In this document: positions 29,171-37,007 of the stretch, one piece after another | How positions within the stretch are numbered: position 1 is the stretch's first letter | How the letters are laid out: every line of letters begins with the position of its first letter | Source of the DNA: Myxococcota bacterium | Lineage (GTDB): Bacteria; Myxococcota_C; UBA6777 | Assembly: GCA_023150835.1 (NCBI GenBank) | Contig: JAKLKB010000008.1 | Location: 1 to 64,000, forward strand | Length of the DNA stretch: 64,000 nucleotides | Direction of reading: 5' to 3' | Notes under the pieces: generated by a model | Databases searched by the model: none | Told to the model about the DNA's origin: nothing | What the model saw: only the letters and a program-made list of their open reading frames with translations | Translations under genes and position numbers: made by a program

Positions 29171-29680
29171 ATGGATACAAAAGCGGTCTTTGGGTTCGTC
29201 GATCCAAAAGTGCGGAACGCAGCGTTGCAAGTTGCCGAACAGTTGCGCAGGTTGGGCGTTCGTTTTGCGCTTGCGGGTGGTTTGGCTGTTGGGGTGCATG
29301 GCTACGTGCGAGCAACCAAAGACGTCGACTTTCTTGTGGGCGAAGAAGCCTTTGAACATCACGGACTGTTCGTCACATTCAAGGCGGGTGTGCCGATTCA
29401 AGTCGACGGTATCCAAGTAGATTATCTGTCCGCTTTTTCTTTGGGAGAGCACCTCGTCCAAGACTTAGAACATCCGTCTGTTTGCGACGGACTGCCCGTT
29501 GTTTCCATCGAGTCGTTGATCTACATGAAGTTGGTTGCAAGGCGAAGACAAGATCAGTTGGATGTGATCCAGCTGATCAAAGCGGGCGCAAATACCCGTT
29601 CCCTTCGTCGTTATCTTCAAGAACACGCCGCAGATCAACTCCCTCTCTTTGAAGAGCTGCTTGAAGAAGCCGAAAAATAA
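29171..29680 (+). CDS. Nucleotidyltransferase-fold protein (AbiEii/DUF6036-like)
   Basis: FALAGGLAVGVHGYVRATKDVDFLV (GG...RxTxDxD) and LIYMKLVARRRQDQLD (K...RxxD). Confidence 0.8.
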   Translation: MDTKAVFGFVDPKVRNAALQVAEQLRRLGVRFALAGGLAVGVHGYVRATKDVDFLVGEEAFEHHGLFVTFKAGVPIQVDGIQVDYLSAFSLGEHLVQDLEHPSVCDGLPVVSIESLIYMKLVARRRQDQLDVIQLIKAGANTRSLRRYLQEHAADQLPLFEELLEEAEK

Positions 29681-29688
29681 GCTGAAAA

Positions 29689-29861
29689 TAGGACTTACGC
29701 GGTTGGGGTTGTGTTGTGGGGTTGGAACCCCACGCCCGGGCCTTAGAGCGCGGCTCTATGGACCCCGTGTTCGCGGGGAGATCGATGGTATTTCAAACAA
29801 GCAGCACAGCCGCTTGAAGTACTGCGAGTACGGGGTTTTTTTGTCAACAGCGTAAGTCCTA
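29689..29861. mobile_element. MITE-like element with family A termini and a different interior
   Basis: TAGGACTTACGCGGTTG ... CAACAGCGTAAGTCCTA. Confidence 0.75.
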
Positions 29862-29878
29862 TGAAAAGGTAAAAAAAG

Positions 29879-30223
29879 ATGTTGCTTTGGTGGAAACAAC
29901 AGCAAAAGAACCCGATGCCCGAGAGGCCCTTGCATCCGAAGTGGTTGTGGGCGTTTGTGATCGTGTTGATCGGTTTGACGGGACTAGGGGTGTGGATCGA
30001 GGCGAATCTTCCGTTGGATCCGCAGCGACGGACGATGCTTGCAGACCCGACGTACGCCTACGAAAGAAACCTCAGCATCGCTTTGATGATCGGCCTAAGT
30101 GCGTCTTTGTTGGTGCGTTGGCGTTCGCAGTATGGGTATCTGATCCGTTATGGTGTGTATTGGCTCGTAGGGGTGGGCGGTTTGATGATCGGCTATGCTG
30201 CTTGGTACGGGCTTTTGTGGTAG
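29879..30223 (+). CDS. Small membrane protein (3 TM), similar to the N-terminal part of TIGR02281 aspartic proteases
   Basis: Three hydrophobic segments; the family resemblance is weak. Confidence 0.6.
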   Translation: MLLWWKQQQKNPMPERPLHPKWLWAFVIVLIGLTGLGVWIEANLPLDPQRRTMLADPTYAYERNLSIALMIGLSASLLVRWRSQYGYLIRYGVYWLVGVGGLMIGYAAWYGLLW

Positions 30224-30231
30224 AGGCCAAA

Positions 30232-31353
30232 TCAATAGGGCGGAAACAGTCGACGTAGCCCGTGCAACAAAACAACGCAGAAGAAAAAAGCGTTGCGCAA
30301 GGGCAAGAGTGGCCAAGCCAGCTTGATGGGTGGGAGGGCGTGGGCGAGGGCGTGAGCAAGCCGTTTCATCCAAGCGAGAGATCGGGGGAGATCGCGTAGT
30401 CCGAGCCTCCAAGCAGACGGCATCTGTTCGGGAGGGGTATTTGCGCCTACGATGCCCCCGACGATCGCTGCTACGGTATCGGTATCTCCGCCAAGGCGGA
30501 TCGCGGCTTCTACCGCAGCACGAAGATCTCCAAGGTATCGCAACCAACAAAAGATCGCGATCGGAACGGTATGGTTGATGTAGCCCGTCACTCCGCGCTG
30601 TAAGCCAAGTGCGTTCGCAGCTTCCGATGCTTCGGCGTCTTGCGAAAGATATTTGCGGACGGTCAGCAAAGCATCGTGTAAGGCGTCTCCTTCGGCGTAG
30701 AGCATAAGCTGATCGAGAAGCTCGCAGGGAGTGTGGCTTGGAGCGGATGGAGAGAGCAGACCAGCATGGAGGCGGGCGGCGCAAGCGATCAGGAATGCGC
30801 CAGCTTCGGCTTGTGGGTCTGTATGAGTGAGTCGCGTGCTGATCTTGACGAATAGGCGGAGTTGATCGAGATCGTGGCAAACAAGGCCGAGGATCGGGGC
30901 GCGCATGGCAGGCCCGTTTCCTGCGGAAAATACGCCGCTTTGGTGGGGTGGGAAGCCGAGCCAAAGCTTGAGGATGGCGCGCAACGTCGCAAAGCCCACC
31001 CCTGCGGGCAAACCAAGCAACCATCCCCGCAGTCGCCATGCAAGCGAGCGCCCAAAGCGCTGCGGATCGCCTTGGGCCGCAAGCCAAGCTTGGGCGGTCA
31101 TGCAGTGGTGTTCGGTATCGTCGCTGATCATGCCGTAGCGACCGACAAAAGCGTGTTCGATCGGGGCTGTTCCAAACAGCCGAAACGCACGTCGTGAAGG
31201 GATGCCTTCGCGTGGAAGCCCCACCGCGTCACCGAGCGCAAGGCCCCATAAACATCCGAGGATCTGGGCCTCGGTGGCTTGAGGGGGGCGAAAGACTAGA
31301 GCAGAGGCGTCTTGGGCCGTCGGATGGGCTGTTTGAAGAGGAGACGTAGGCAT
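30232..31353 (-). CDS. ADP-ribosylglycohydrolase family protein
   Basis: GLALGDAVG, SDDTE, AGNGPAMR, LTH, LGGDTDTVAAIVGG. Confidence 0.95.
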   Translation of the reverse strand: MPTSPLQTAHPTAQDASALVFRPPQATEAQILGCLWGLALGDAVGLPREGIPSRRAFRLFGTAPIEHAFVGRYGMISDDTEHHCMTAQAWLAAQGDPQRFGRSLAWRLRGWLLGLPAGVGFATLRAILKLWLGFPPHQSGVFSAGNGPAMRAPILGLVCHDLDQLRLFVKISTRLTHTDPQAEAGAFLIACAARLHAGLLSPSAPSHTPCELLDQLMLYAEGDALHDALLTVRKYLSQDAEASEAANALGLQRGVTGYINHTVPIAIFCWLRYLGDLRAAVEAAIRLGGDTDTVAAIVGGIVGANTPPEQMPSAWRLGLRDLPRSLAWMKRLAHALAHALPPIKLAWPLLPLRNAFFFCVVLLHGLRRLFPPY

Positions 31354-31509
31354 GGGTGGTATGGGCCTTTCTTGATCGAGTCACCTGTTGAACTTTTGAG
31401 TGGGTGAGGCCGTCCACGCGATGCGTGCTGTTCGGCAAAAGCAGCGCGATCCTCGCCCCTCCAAGCGATAAAGCGGAGGGCTAAAAAGATCACCGCTTTT
31501 TATCCCTCA

Positions 31510-31720
31510 CGGGGTCAAGGGGCCTTCGGTCCCTTGCGGGGCGTGGTACCTCGCCCCACAACATCAATCAACTGCGTAAGTCTTGTATTGATGGGGGGTA
31601 CGCAGTTGAAAAGGGAAACCGTGAAGAATCAACCCGTTGTAGGGGCGGTTCGCGAACCGCCCGCGCCCAAACATGGGCCTTTTTCGTATCGAACTGCGTA
31701 AGTCCTATCTTGATGAAGAA
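31510..31720. repeat. Composite repeat: family C hairpins plus a family A element
   Basis: CGGGGTCAAGGGG...CCCCACA, then CAACTGCGTAAGTC; 31607-31720 matches 28987-29100 at 103/114 positions (counted by hand). Confidence 0.85.
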
Positions 31721-31737
31721 AAAAGGAAAAAGAAAAG

Positions 31738-32169
31738 ATGTTTACCGAAGACATAGAGATCCAAGAAGGTTTATCGATACCCTCCTCGGAGGTGTCGTTT
31801 CGTTATGCACGCAGCGGTGGTCCGGGAGGACAGCATGTGAACAAAGTCGAGAGCAAGGTGATCTTGTTTTTCGATATCGCGGGTTCGCCGTCGTTAAGCG
31901 AGGAACAGCGGGCCTTGTTGTTGGAGCGTTTGCAGAGTCGCTTGGACAAGGATGGGGTATTGCAGTTGACAGCGCAGCGTTTTCGTAGTCAATACCGAAA
32001 TCGTGAGGACGCGATCGAGCGATTTCGGCTGTTGTTGGCAGAGGCTTTGACCGAAGAAGCCGAGCGCAAGCCCACCCGCACCCCGTATTTTGTGGAGCGC
32101 CGCCGCCTTGAAAACAAGCGCCTGCGCGCCCAACGCAAGCAAGACCGCAACTGGCGTTGGGACGACTAA
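31738..32169 (+). CDS. arfB: Alternative ribosome rescue factor B (peptidyl-tRNA hydrolase)
   Basis: RSGGPGGQHVNKVESKV, RSQYRNREDA, basic tail RKPTR...RRLENKR. Confidence 0.96.
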   Translation: MFTEDIEIQEGLSIPSSEVSFRYARSGGPGGQHVNKVESKVILFFDIAGSPSLSEEQRALLLERLQSRLDKDGVLQLTAQRFRSQYRNREDAIERFRLLLAEALTEEAERKPTRTPYFVERRRLENKRLRAQRKQDRNWRWDD

Positions 32170-32178
32170 GGCAGAGGC

Positions 32179-33459
32179 TTGACTTTTGTCGATGGCTTGA
32201 ACACCAGTTTGTTTTCGTCGATGGGACGGGATGGAGAGCGCTTGGTTGTAGAGGAGGCATCGGTGGGCGTTGTGCTGTTGTACCTTGCGATCCCTGTGAC
32301 AAGCGCGTTGGTGGGGTGGGGGACCAATGTTCTTGCGATCAAGATGATGTTTTTTCCGTTGGAGGCTGTGGGCAAACCGCCTTTTTTGGGATGGCAAGGG
32401 ATCATCCCTGCGAAGGTGCGGAAGATGGCGACGATCTGCGTGGAGATGATCTTGGGCCGCTTGATCAGCGTGCGAGAGATGTTTGATCGCCTTGAGCCGC
32501 TACGGGTGGCCGAAGAACTGAGGCCGCTGTTGGAGCAGACGACCGAACGGGTGGTGGCGGGCGTGATCTCCGAGCAGTATCCGCGCCTGTGGGAAGGTCT
32601 TCCTGCGATCGTCAAAGAGCGCACTTACAAACGCCTACACAAAGAACTGCCTGTTGTGGTCGAAGAGATCATGCAAGAACTGCAACTGCATATCGAAGAG
32701 ATCTGCGACGTGCGGCAGATGGTAATCGAGGCGTTTGTGCGCGACAAAGCCCTGCTCAATGCGTTGTTTTTGCGCTGTGGTAGCAAAGAGTTTGAATTCA
32801 TCGGTCGTTCGGGACTGTACTTTGGATTCTTGTTTGGCCTTGTGCAGATGGGGATCTGGATCGTGGTGAAGCCTTGGTGGTTGTTGCCGTTGGCTGGGCT
32901 GATCGTGGGGTATGCGACCAATTGGCTTGCGTTGAAGATGGTGTTTGAGCCGCGTGAACCGATGAAGTTCGGCCCTTTTGCGTGGCAAGGATTGTTTTTG
33001 AAGCGACAGCGCGAAGTCTCCCAAGAATACGCCGCGATCTTCGCACGCGAAGTTTTGAATGGAAAAAATCTGATTGAAGCGATCTTGCGTGGACCTGCGG
33101 CAGATCGGTTGTTTGCGGTGATCGAGCATCACTTGAAGCGAGCAATCGATGAATCATCGGGATATTCGAAGCCGCTGATTCAGGTGGTGGCTGGAACGGC
33201 CCAATACATCGCAATGAAGGAGCGGATCGCCAAGCGCGTGATCGAGGAGATGCCGATGGCGCTTAGCCGTCTGCATCAATACACGGACGAGGCCCTTGGG
33301 ATCGAAGAGACTTTGCGCAACAAGATGAATGAGCTTCCTCCCGCAGATTTTGAAGGGATCTTGCGCCCGATATTTCAGGAAGATGAGTGGATCTTGATCG
33401 CTGTGGGGGCATTGTTGGGACTGTTGGTGGGGTTTGCGCAATTGGGGTTTCTGTTTTAA
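32179..33459 (+). CDS. DUF445 family membrane protein
   Basis: Duplicated GWGTNVLAIKMMF / GYATNWLALKMVF motifs with WQGIIP / WQGLF; C-terminal VGALLGLLVG. Start uncertain. Confidence 0.88.
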   Translation: MTFVDGLNTSLFSSMGRDGERLVVEEASVGVVLLYLAIPVTSALVGWGTNVLAIKMMFFPLEAVGKPPFLGWQGIIPAKVRKMATICVEMILGRLISVREMFDRLEPLRVAEELRPLLEQTTERVVAGVISEQYPRLWEGLPAIVKERTYKRLHKELPVVVEEIMQELQLHIEEICDVRQMVIEAFVRDKALLNALFLRCGSKEFEFIGRSGLYFGFLFGLVQMGIWIVVKPWWLLPLAGLIVGYATNWLALKMVFEPREPMKFGPFAWQGLFLKRQREVSQEYAAIFAREVLNGKNLIEAILRGPAADRLFAVIEHHLKRAIDESSGYSKPLIQVVAGTAQYIAMKERIAKRVIEEMPMALSRLHQYTDEALGIEETLRNKMNELPPADFEGILRPIFQEDEWILIAVGALLGLLVGFAQLGFLF

Positions 33460-33567
33460 GGGTCGTGTTGGTGTTTGTTCGCAGAGGTGCGGGTGCGCCA
33501 AGGAGAGGGTCCCCAAGCGGGCGACGTTTGGGAGGATGAGGCGAGCGAGGAAGAAGTGGAGAAGGCG

Positions 33568-35091
33568 ATGCAACAAGGTGTGTTAAGGGAGCCGATGTCG
33601 CCCGTCGATGCGGCTTGGTTGAGCATGGAAGAACCGACCAATTTGATGATGATCTCGGGGGTGATGCAATTTGCCCAGCCGATCGAGAAAGAAGCGTTGT
33701 GCCGTGTGTTGATGGAGCGGCTGGTGGGGCCGTATCGACGTTTTCGGCAGCGGGTGGTGGAGCCTGCGGTGGGGATCGGCGCACCGTATTGGGAGGAGGT
33801 GGAGTCTTTTTCTTTGGAAAATCATCTCGTGGAGATGGATATCGCCGCGCCCTACGATCGCTTGACGTACCAAAACCAAGTGAGCGTGTTGTTGAGCGAG
33901 CCGTTGGATCGGGACAATCCGCTTTGGTGTATGCACTTGTTGCGAGAGAATGGGGAGATTCGAGCGATCTTTGTGCGGGTACATCATTGTATTGCCGATG
34001 GCATCGCGCTGGTGGTGGTGCTGTTGTCGATGGCCGATCCAACCGAAGGCTCGGAGAACTCGACTCTTGCGGAATCCGAAGCTGTGCAAGGTGGTGCTGG
34101 AGGGCGGGAGGCAGCGGTGGAGTCGGACACGTTGTTTGATCGGCTGCGTGGTTTGGGCGATCTTGCGCGGACAGCGATGGACAGCGGCGTGTTTCAAGCG
34201 GCGAAACAAGCAAGCGAACAAGTGATGGAGCAGTTGTCGACGCGAGCAAGCGGCGTGTTTCAGCAAGTACGGGAACTTTCGTCGAAGCTGCTTGATGGGG
34301 GGCGAGATTTGTTGCAACGCCCCGATCATTGGGCTGATCAAGTGCGTATCAGCGCGCAAGGTTTGTTGGCCCCTGTGCGCTTGTTGTTGGAACGCGATGA
34401 ACCCGCAACACGTTTTCGTGGTCCCCTTGGGACGGCCAAAAAGGTGGCTTGGTCTCCACCGATCCCGTTGTCGGATATCAAAGCCCTTCGCACGACAACG
34501 CACGTAACGGTGAACGATATCTTGATGGCTGCGATGACGGGCGCTTTGCGGCGGTATTTGTTGCAACATGGCGAATCGCTCGATGGGATCGAGCTTCGTG
34601 CGGCGATCCCTGTGAATCTGCGACCGATCGAAGAAGCCAAGCGCCTTGGGAATGCGTTTGGTTTGGTGTTTGTGCAGCTTCCTGTGGGCGAAGAAAGCCG
34701 AGAGATCCGCACGTTGCAGATCAAAACACAGATGGATGAGCTCAAACGATCTCCCGAAGCCTTGGTGACGTTGGGGATCTTGCGCGCTGTGGGCTTTACA
34801 CCTTCCGAGATCAAGCGATGGTTTGTGGAGATCTTTGGTCGTCGGCTGACTTGCGTGATGACGAACGTTCCGGGGCCGCAGCAGCCATTGCGGATGGCAG
34901 GGCAGCCGTTGGAAACCTTGATGTTTTGGGTTCCACAGACAGGGCGTTTGGGGCTTGGCGTGAGCCTCTTGAGTTATGCGGGCAGTGTGCGTTTGGGCGT
35001 TGCGGTGGATGCCGGATTGATCGATGATCCCGATGCCATCGTGCAAGCATTTCAAGAAGAGATCGCAGCGATGATGCGCGATCGATCGTGA
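33568..35091 (+). CDS. Wax ester synthase/diacylglycerol acyltransferase (WS/DGAT)
   Basis: MSPVDAAWL, PLDRDNPLW, catalytic HHCIADG, TVND, PVNLR, TNVPGP. Confidence 0.95.
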   Translation: MQQGVLREPMSPVDAAWLSMEEPTNLMMISGVMQFAQPIEKEALCRVLMERLVGPYRRFRQRVVEPAVGIGAPYWEEVESFSLENHLVEMDIAAPYDRLTYQNQVSVLLSEPLDRDNPLWCMHLLRENGEIRAIFVRVHHCIADGIALVVVLLSMADPTEGSENSTLAESEAVQGGAGGREAAVESDTLFDRLRGLGDLARTAMDSGVFQAAKQASEQVMEQLSTRASGVFQQVRELSSKLLDGGRDLLQRPDHWADQVRISAQGLLAPVRLLLERDEPATRFRGPLGTAKKVAWSPPIPLSDIKALRTTTHVTVNDILMAAMTGALRRYLLQHGESLDGIELRAAIPVNLRPIEEAKRLGNAFGLVFVQLPVGEESREIRTLQIKTQMDELKRSPEALVTLGILRAVGFTPSEIKRWFVEIFGRRLTCVMTNVPGPQQPLRMAGQPLETLMFWVPQTGRLGLGVSLLSYAGSVRLGVAVDAGLIDDPDAIVQAFQEEIAAMMRDRS

Positions 35092-35103
35092 GGAGAGAGT
35101 TGG

Positions 35104-35931
35104 ATGTTGCGTGATCTATCGGAACGGATGGGGTGGATGCGAGAGCCTTCTGCGGAGGATCTTGGGCGGCGAGCGCGGCGTATCGAGCGCTTTTTATGGC
35201 CTTGGCAACAGTTGTTGAAACCATCCGTCACAGGGTGGGAGAATATCCCCGAGCAGCGTCCGCTGTTGTTTGTGGGCAATCATACGCTGTTTGGAGTGTT
35301 GGATGCACCGTTGTTGTGGTTGGCCTTGTATCGGGAAAAAGGCATCTTGTTGCGCGGTTTGGGAGATCGCCTGCATTTTCAGATCCCGGGTTGGCGGGAG
35401 TTATTGACGCGCTATGGAGTGGTGTTGGCGGATCCCGAAGTCTGCGGTCAATTGATGCAACAAGGTGAGGCGATCTTGGTCTTTCCGGGTGGAGCGCGGG
35501 AAGTGACCAAACGCAAGGGAGAACGTTACAAGCTGATCTGGAAGGAGAGACGGGGGTTTGCGCGGCTTGCTGCACAGCACCAATGTACGATCATCCCGTT
35601 TGCTTCGGTGGGGATCGAAGATATGTTCGATGTGGTGTTGGATGGAGACGAGCTTGCGGCTTCTCCTTTGGGGGCCGTGTTGGAGCGACTGCGTATCCGC
35701 AAAGATGTCTTGATGCCGTTGGCGGTGGGCAAAGGCCCGCTCGGTCTTCCGCGCTTGCAGCGGTTGTATTTCCATTTTGGAGCGCCGATCCCCAGCGAGG
35801 GCATCGATCCTGAAGACGACGCTGCGGTGTGGGATCTGCGCGAAGCCACGCGCCATTCGATCGAAGAGAGCATCGCCATGCTTCGTCAAGCGCAACGTCA
35901 TGATCCCAAACGCTTTTTATTTTTCCCCTAG
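35104..35931 (+). CDS. Lysophospholipid/DGAT2-like acyltransferase
   Basis: LFVGNHTLFGVLD (NHxxxxD-like), VFPGGARE, GFARLA. Confidence 0.9.
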   Translation: MLRDLSERMGWMREPSAEDLGRRARRIERFLWPWQQLLKPSVTGWENIPEQRPLLFVGNHTLFGVLDAPLLWLALYREKGILLRGLGDRLHFQIPGWRELLTRYGVVLADPEVCGQLMQQGEAILVFPGGAREVTKRKGERYKLIWKERRGFARLAAQHQCTIIPFASVGIEDMFDVVLDGDELAASPLGAVLERLRIRKDVLMPLAVGKGPLGLPRLQRLYFHFGAPIPSEGIDPEDDAAVWDLREATRHSIEESIAMLRQAQRHDPKRFLFFP

Positions 35932-35936
35932 CCGCT

Positions 35937-36200
35937 CATACAACATCCGAAAGATCTGTGATCGAAGGATAGGTGCGATCTGCTGTGACTGCCCTGTTCT
36001 TGGGCAGCCACAGGGGGCTGCCCCTACTTTTTCGCTTACTTCACGGACGGATTTCGTATCACTGTTCTTGGGCAGCCACAGGGGGCTGCCCCTACTTTTT
36101 CGCTTACTTCACGGACGGATTTCGTATCACTTTTTCTTGGGCAACCACAGGGGGCTGCCCCTACTTTTTCGCTTACTTCACGGACGGATTTCGTATCACT
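35937..36200. repeat. Family B MITE with its right 68-69 bp triplicated
   Basis: Left end TCATACAACATCCG; three near-identical units TTCTTGGGCAGCCACAGGGGGCTGCCCCTACTTTTTCGCTTACTTCACGGACGGATTTCGTATCAC. Confidence 0.92.
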
Positions 36201-36947
36201 TTAGGGGGTGGCGAGTTCAGCATAGCGAAAGCGTGGGAATCCAGAGTTTCCTTTGTCGTCGTAGTATTTGAGCATTTGTAGCTTATAGTATTTCTTTTCT
36301 GCGGTGCGTACGACATAAAGAAATTCAGAGCGGGGGGCGAGGACGTGTTTGAGAAGGTCATAGTAGTACCACTCTCCTTCTCGGCCAAAAGCGGAACGTG
36401 GTTCGTTCAGATTATTTCCTGTCTCATCCGCAAGATAGCCCTCTGTGGGGGCTTTTTCGAGAGCGTCGAAGTCTTTGTCGCGTAAGAGGGCGACTGTGGT
36501 GTCGCCTTCGCCGCTGACGCCGCTGTTGGTCTTGATGAAGTAGCGTCGGAAAGCGAGGTGCCAGCTTTTGTCTTTGTTCGGTGGTGAAGTGGGCTTGATC
36601 TCGGTGCTTTGGCCAAAGGCAAAGTAGATCCATTGATCGGGGTTGGAGGCGTTGATCTGGGTTTCCCATACGCCCGGGCGTTGTTCTTTGAGCGAGACAG
36701 GCGGACCGGGTAGAGTTTTGACTTTGATATCGTTGGGTTTTTGGTTTGGATCGCGCAACGAAGGCGCACAGCCCGCAAGCCACAAAAGAGCAACGGCAAA
36801 ACATAGGAGCAGCAAGGTGTGGCTGCCCAAGAACAGGGCGGCTCTAGCGACTCGCACTATCTTTCGAGCGCGCATCTCTCGGATATCGTACAAGCGGTGA
36901 TCGATCTGTGTGATCGGGTGGGTGGGGGAGGGGTGGTTGTTGTGCAT
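36201..36947 (-). CDS. hmuY: HmuY-family heme-binding lipoprotein
   Basis: Lipobox LAGC; INAS..DQWIYF, WHLAFRRYFIKTNSG, WYYYD, YVVRTA..YYKLQMLKYY..SGFPRFRY. Alternative start at 36875. Confidence 0.9.
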   Translation of the reverse strand: MHNNHPSPTHPITQIDHRLYDIREMRARKIVRVARAALFLGSHTLLLLCFAVALLWLAGCAPSLRDPNQKPNDIKVKTLPGPPVSLKEQRPGVWETQINASNPDQWIYFAFGQSTEIKPTSPPNKDKSWHLAFRRYFIKTNSGVSGEGDTTVALLRDKDFDALEKAPTEGYLADETGNNLNEPRSAFGREGEWYYYDLLKHVLAPRSEFLYVVRTAEKKYYKLQMLKYYDDKGNSGFPRFRYAELATP

Positions 36948-37007
36948 GATGGCTCCGTTGATGGGAGAGGGTCTTGGTTTGTTGCACGATATCTTCGCTC
37001 TCAGTGA

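Noticed and set aside
33583-35055. Long antisense ORFs (here and e.g. 7526-8665, 47312-48394)
   Set aside because: Shadow frames of well-supported genes on the opposite strand, with no motifs of their own.
35994-36200. Three 68-69-bp repeats as a CRISPR array
   Set aside because: The units are contiguous with no unique spacers, no cas genes are present, and they match the dispersed family B repeat.
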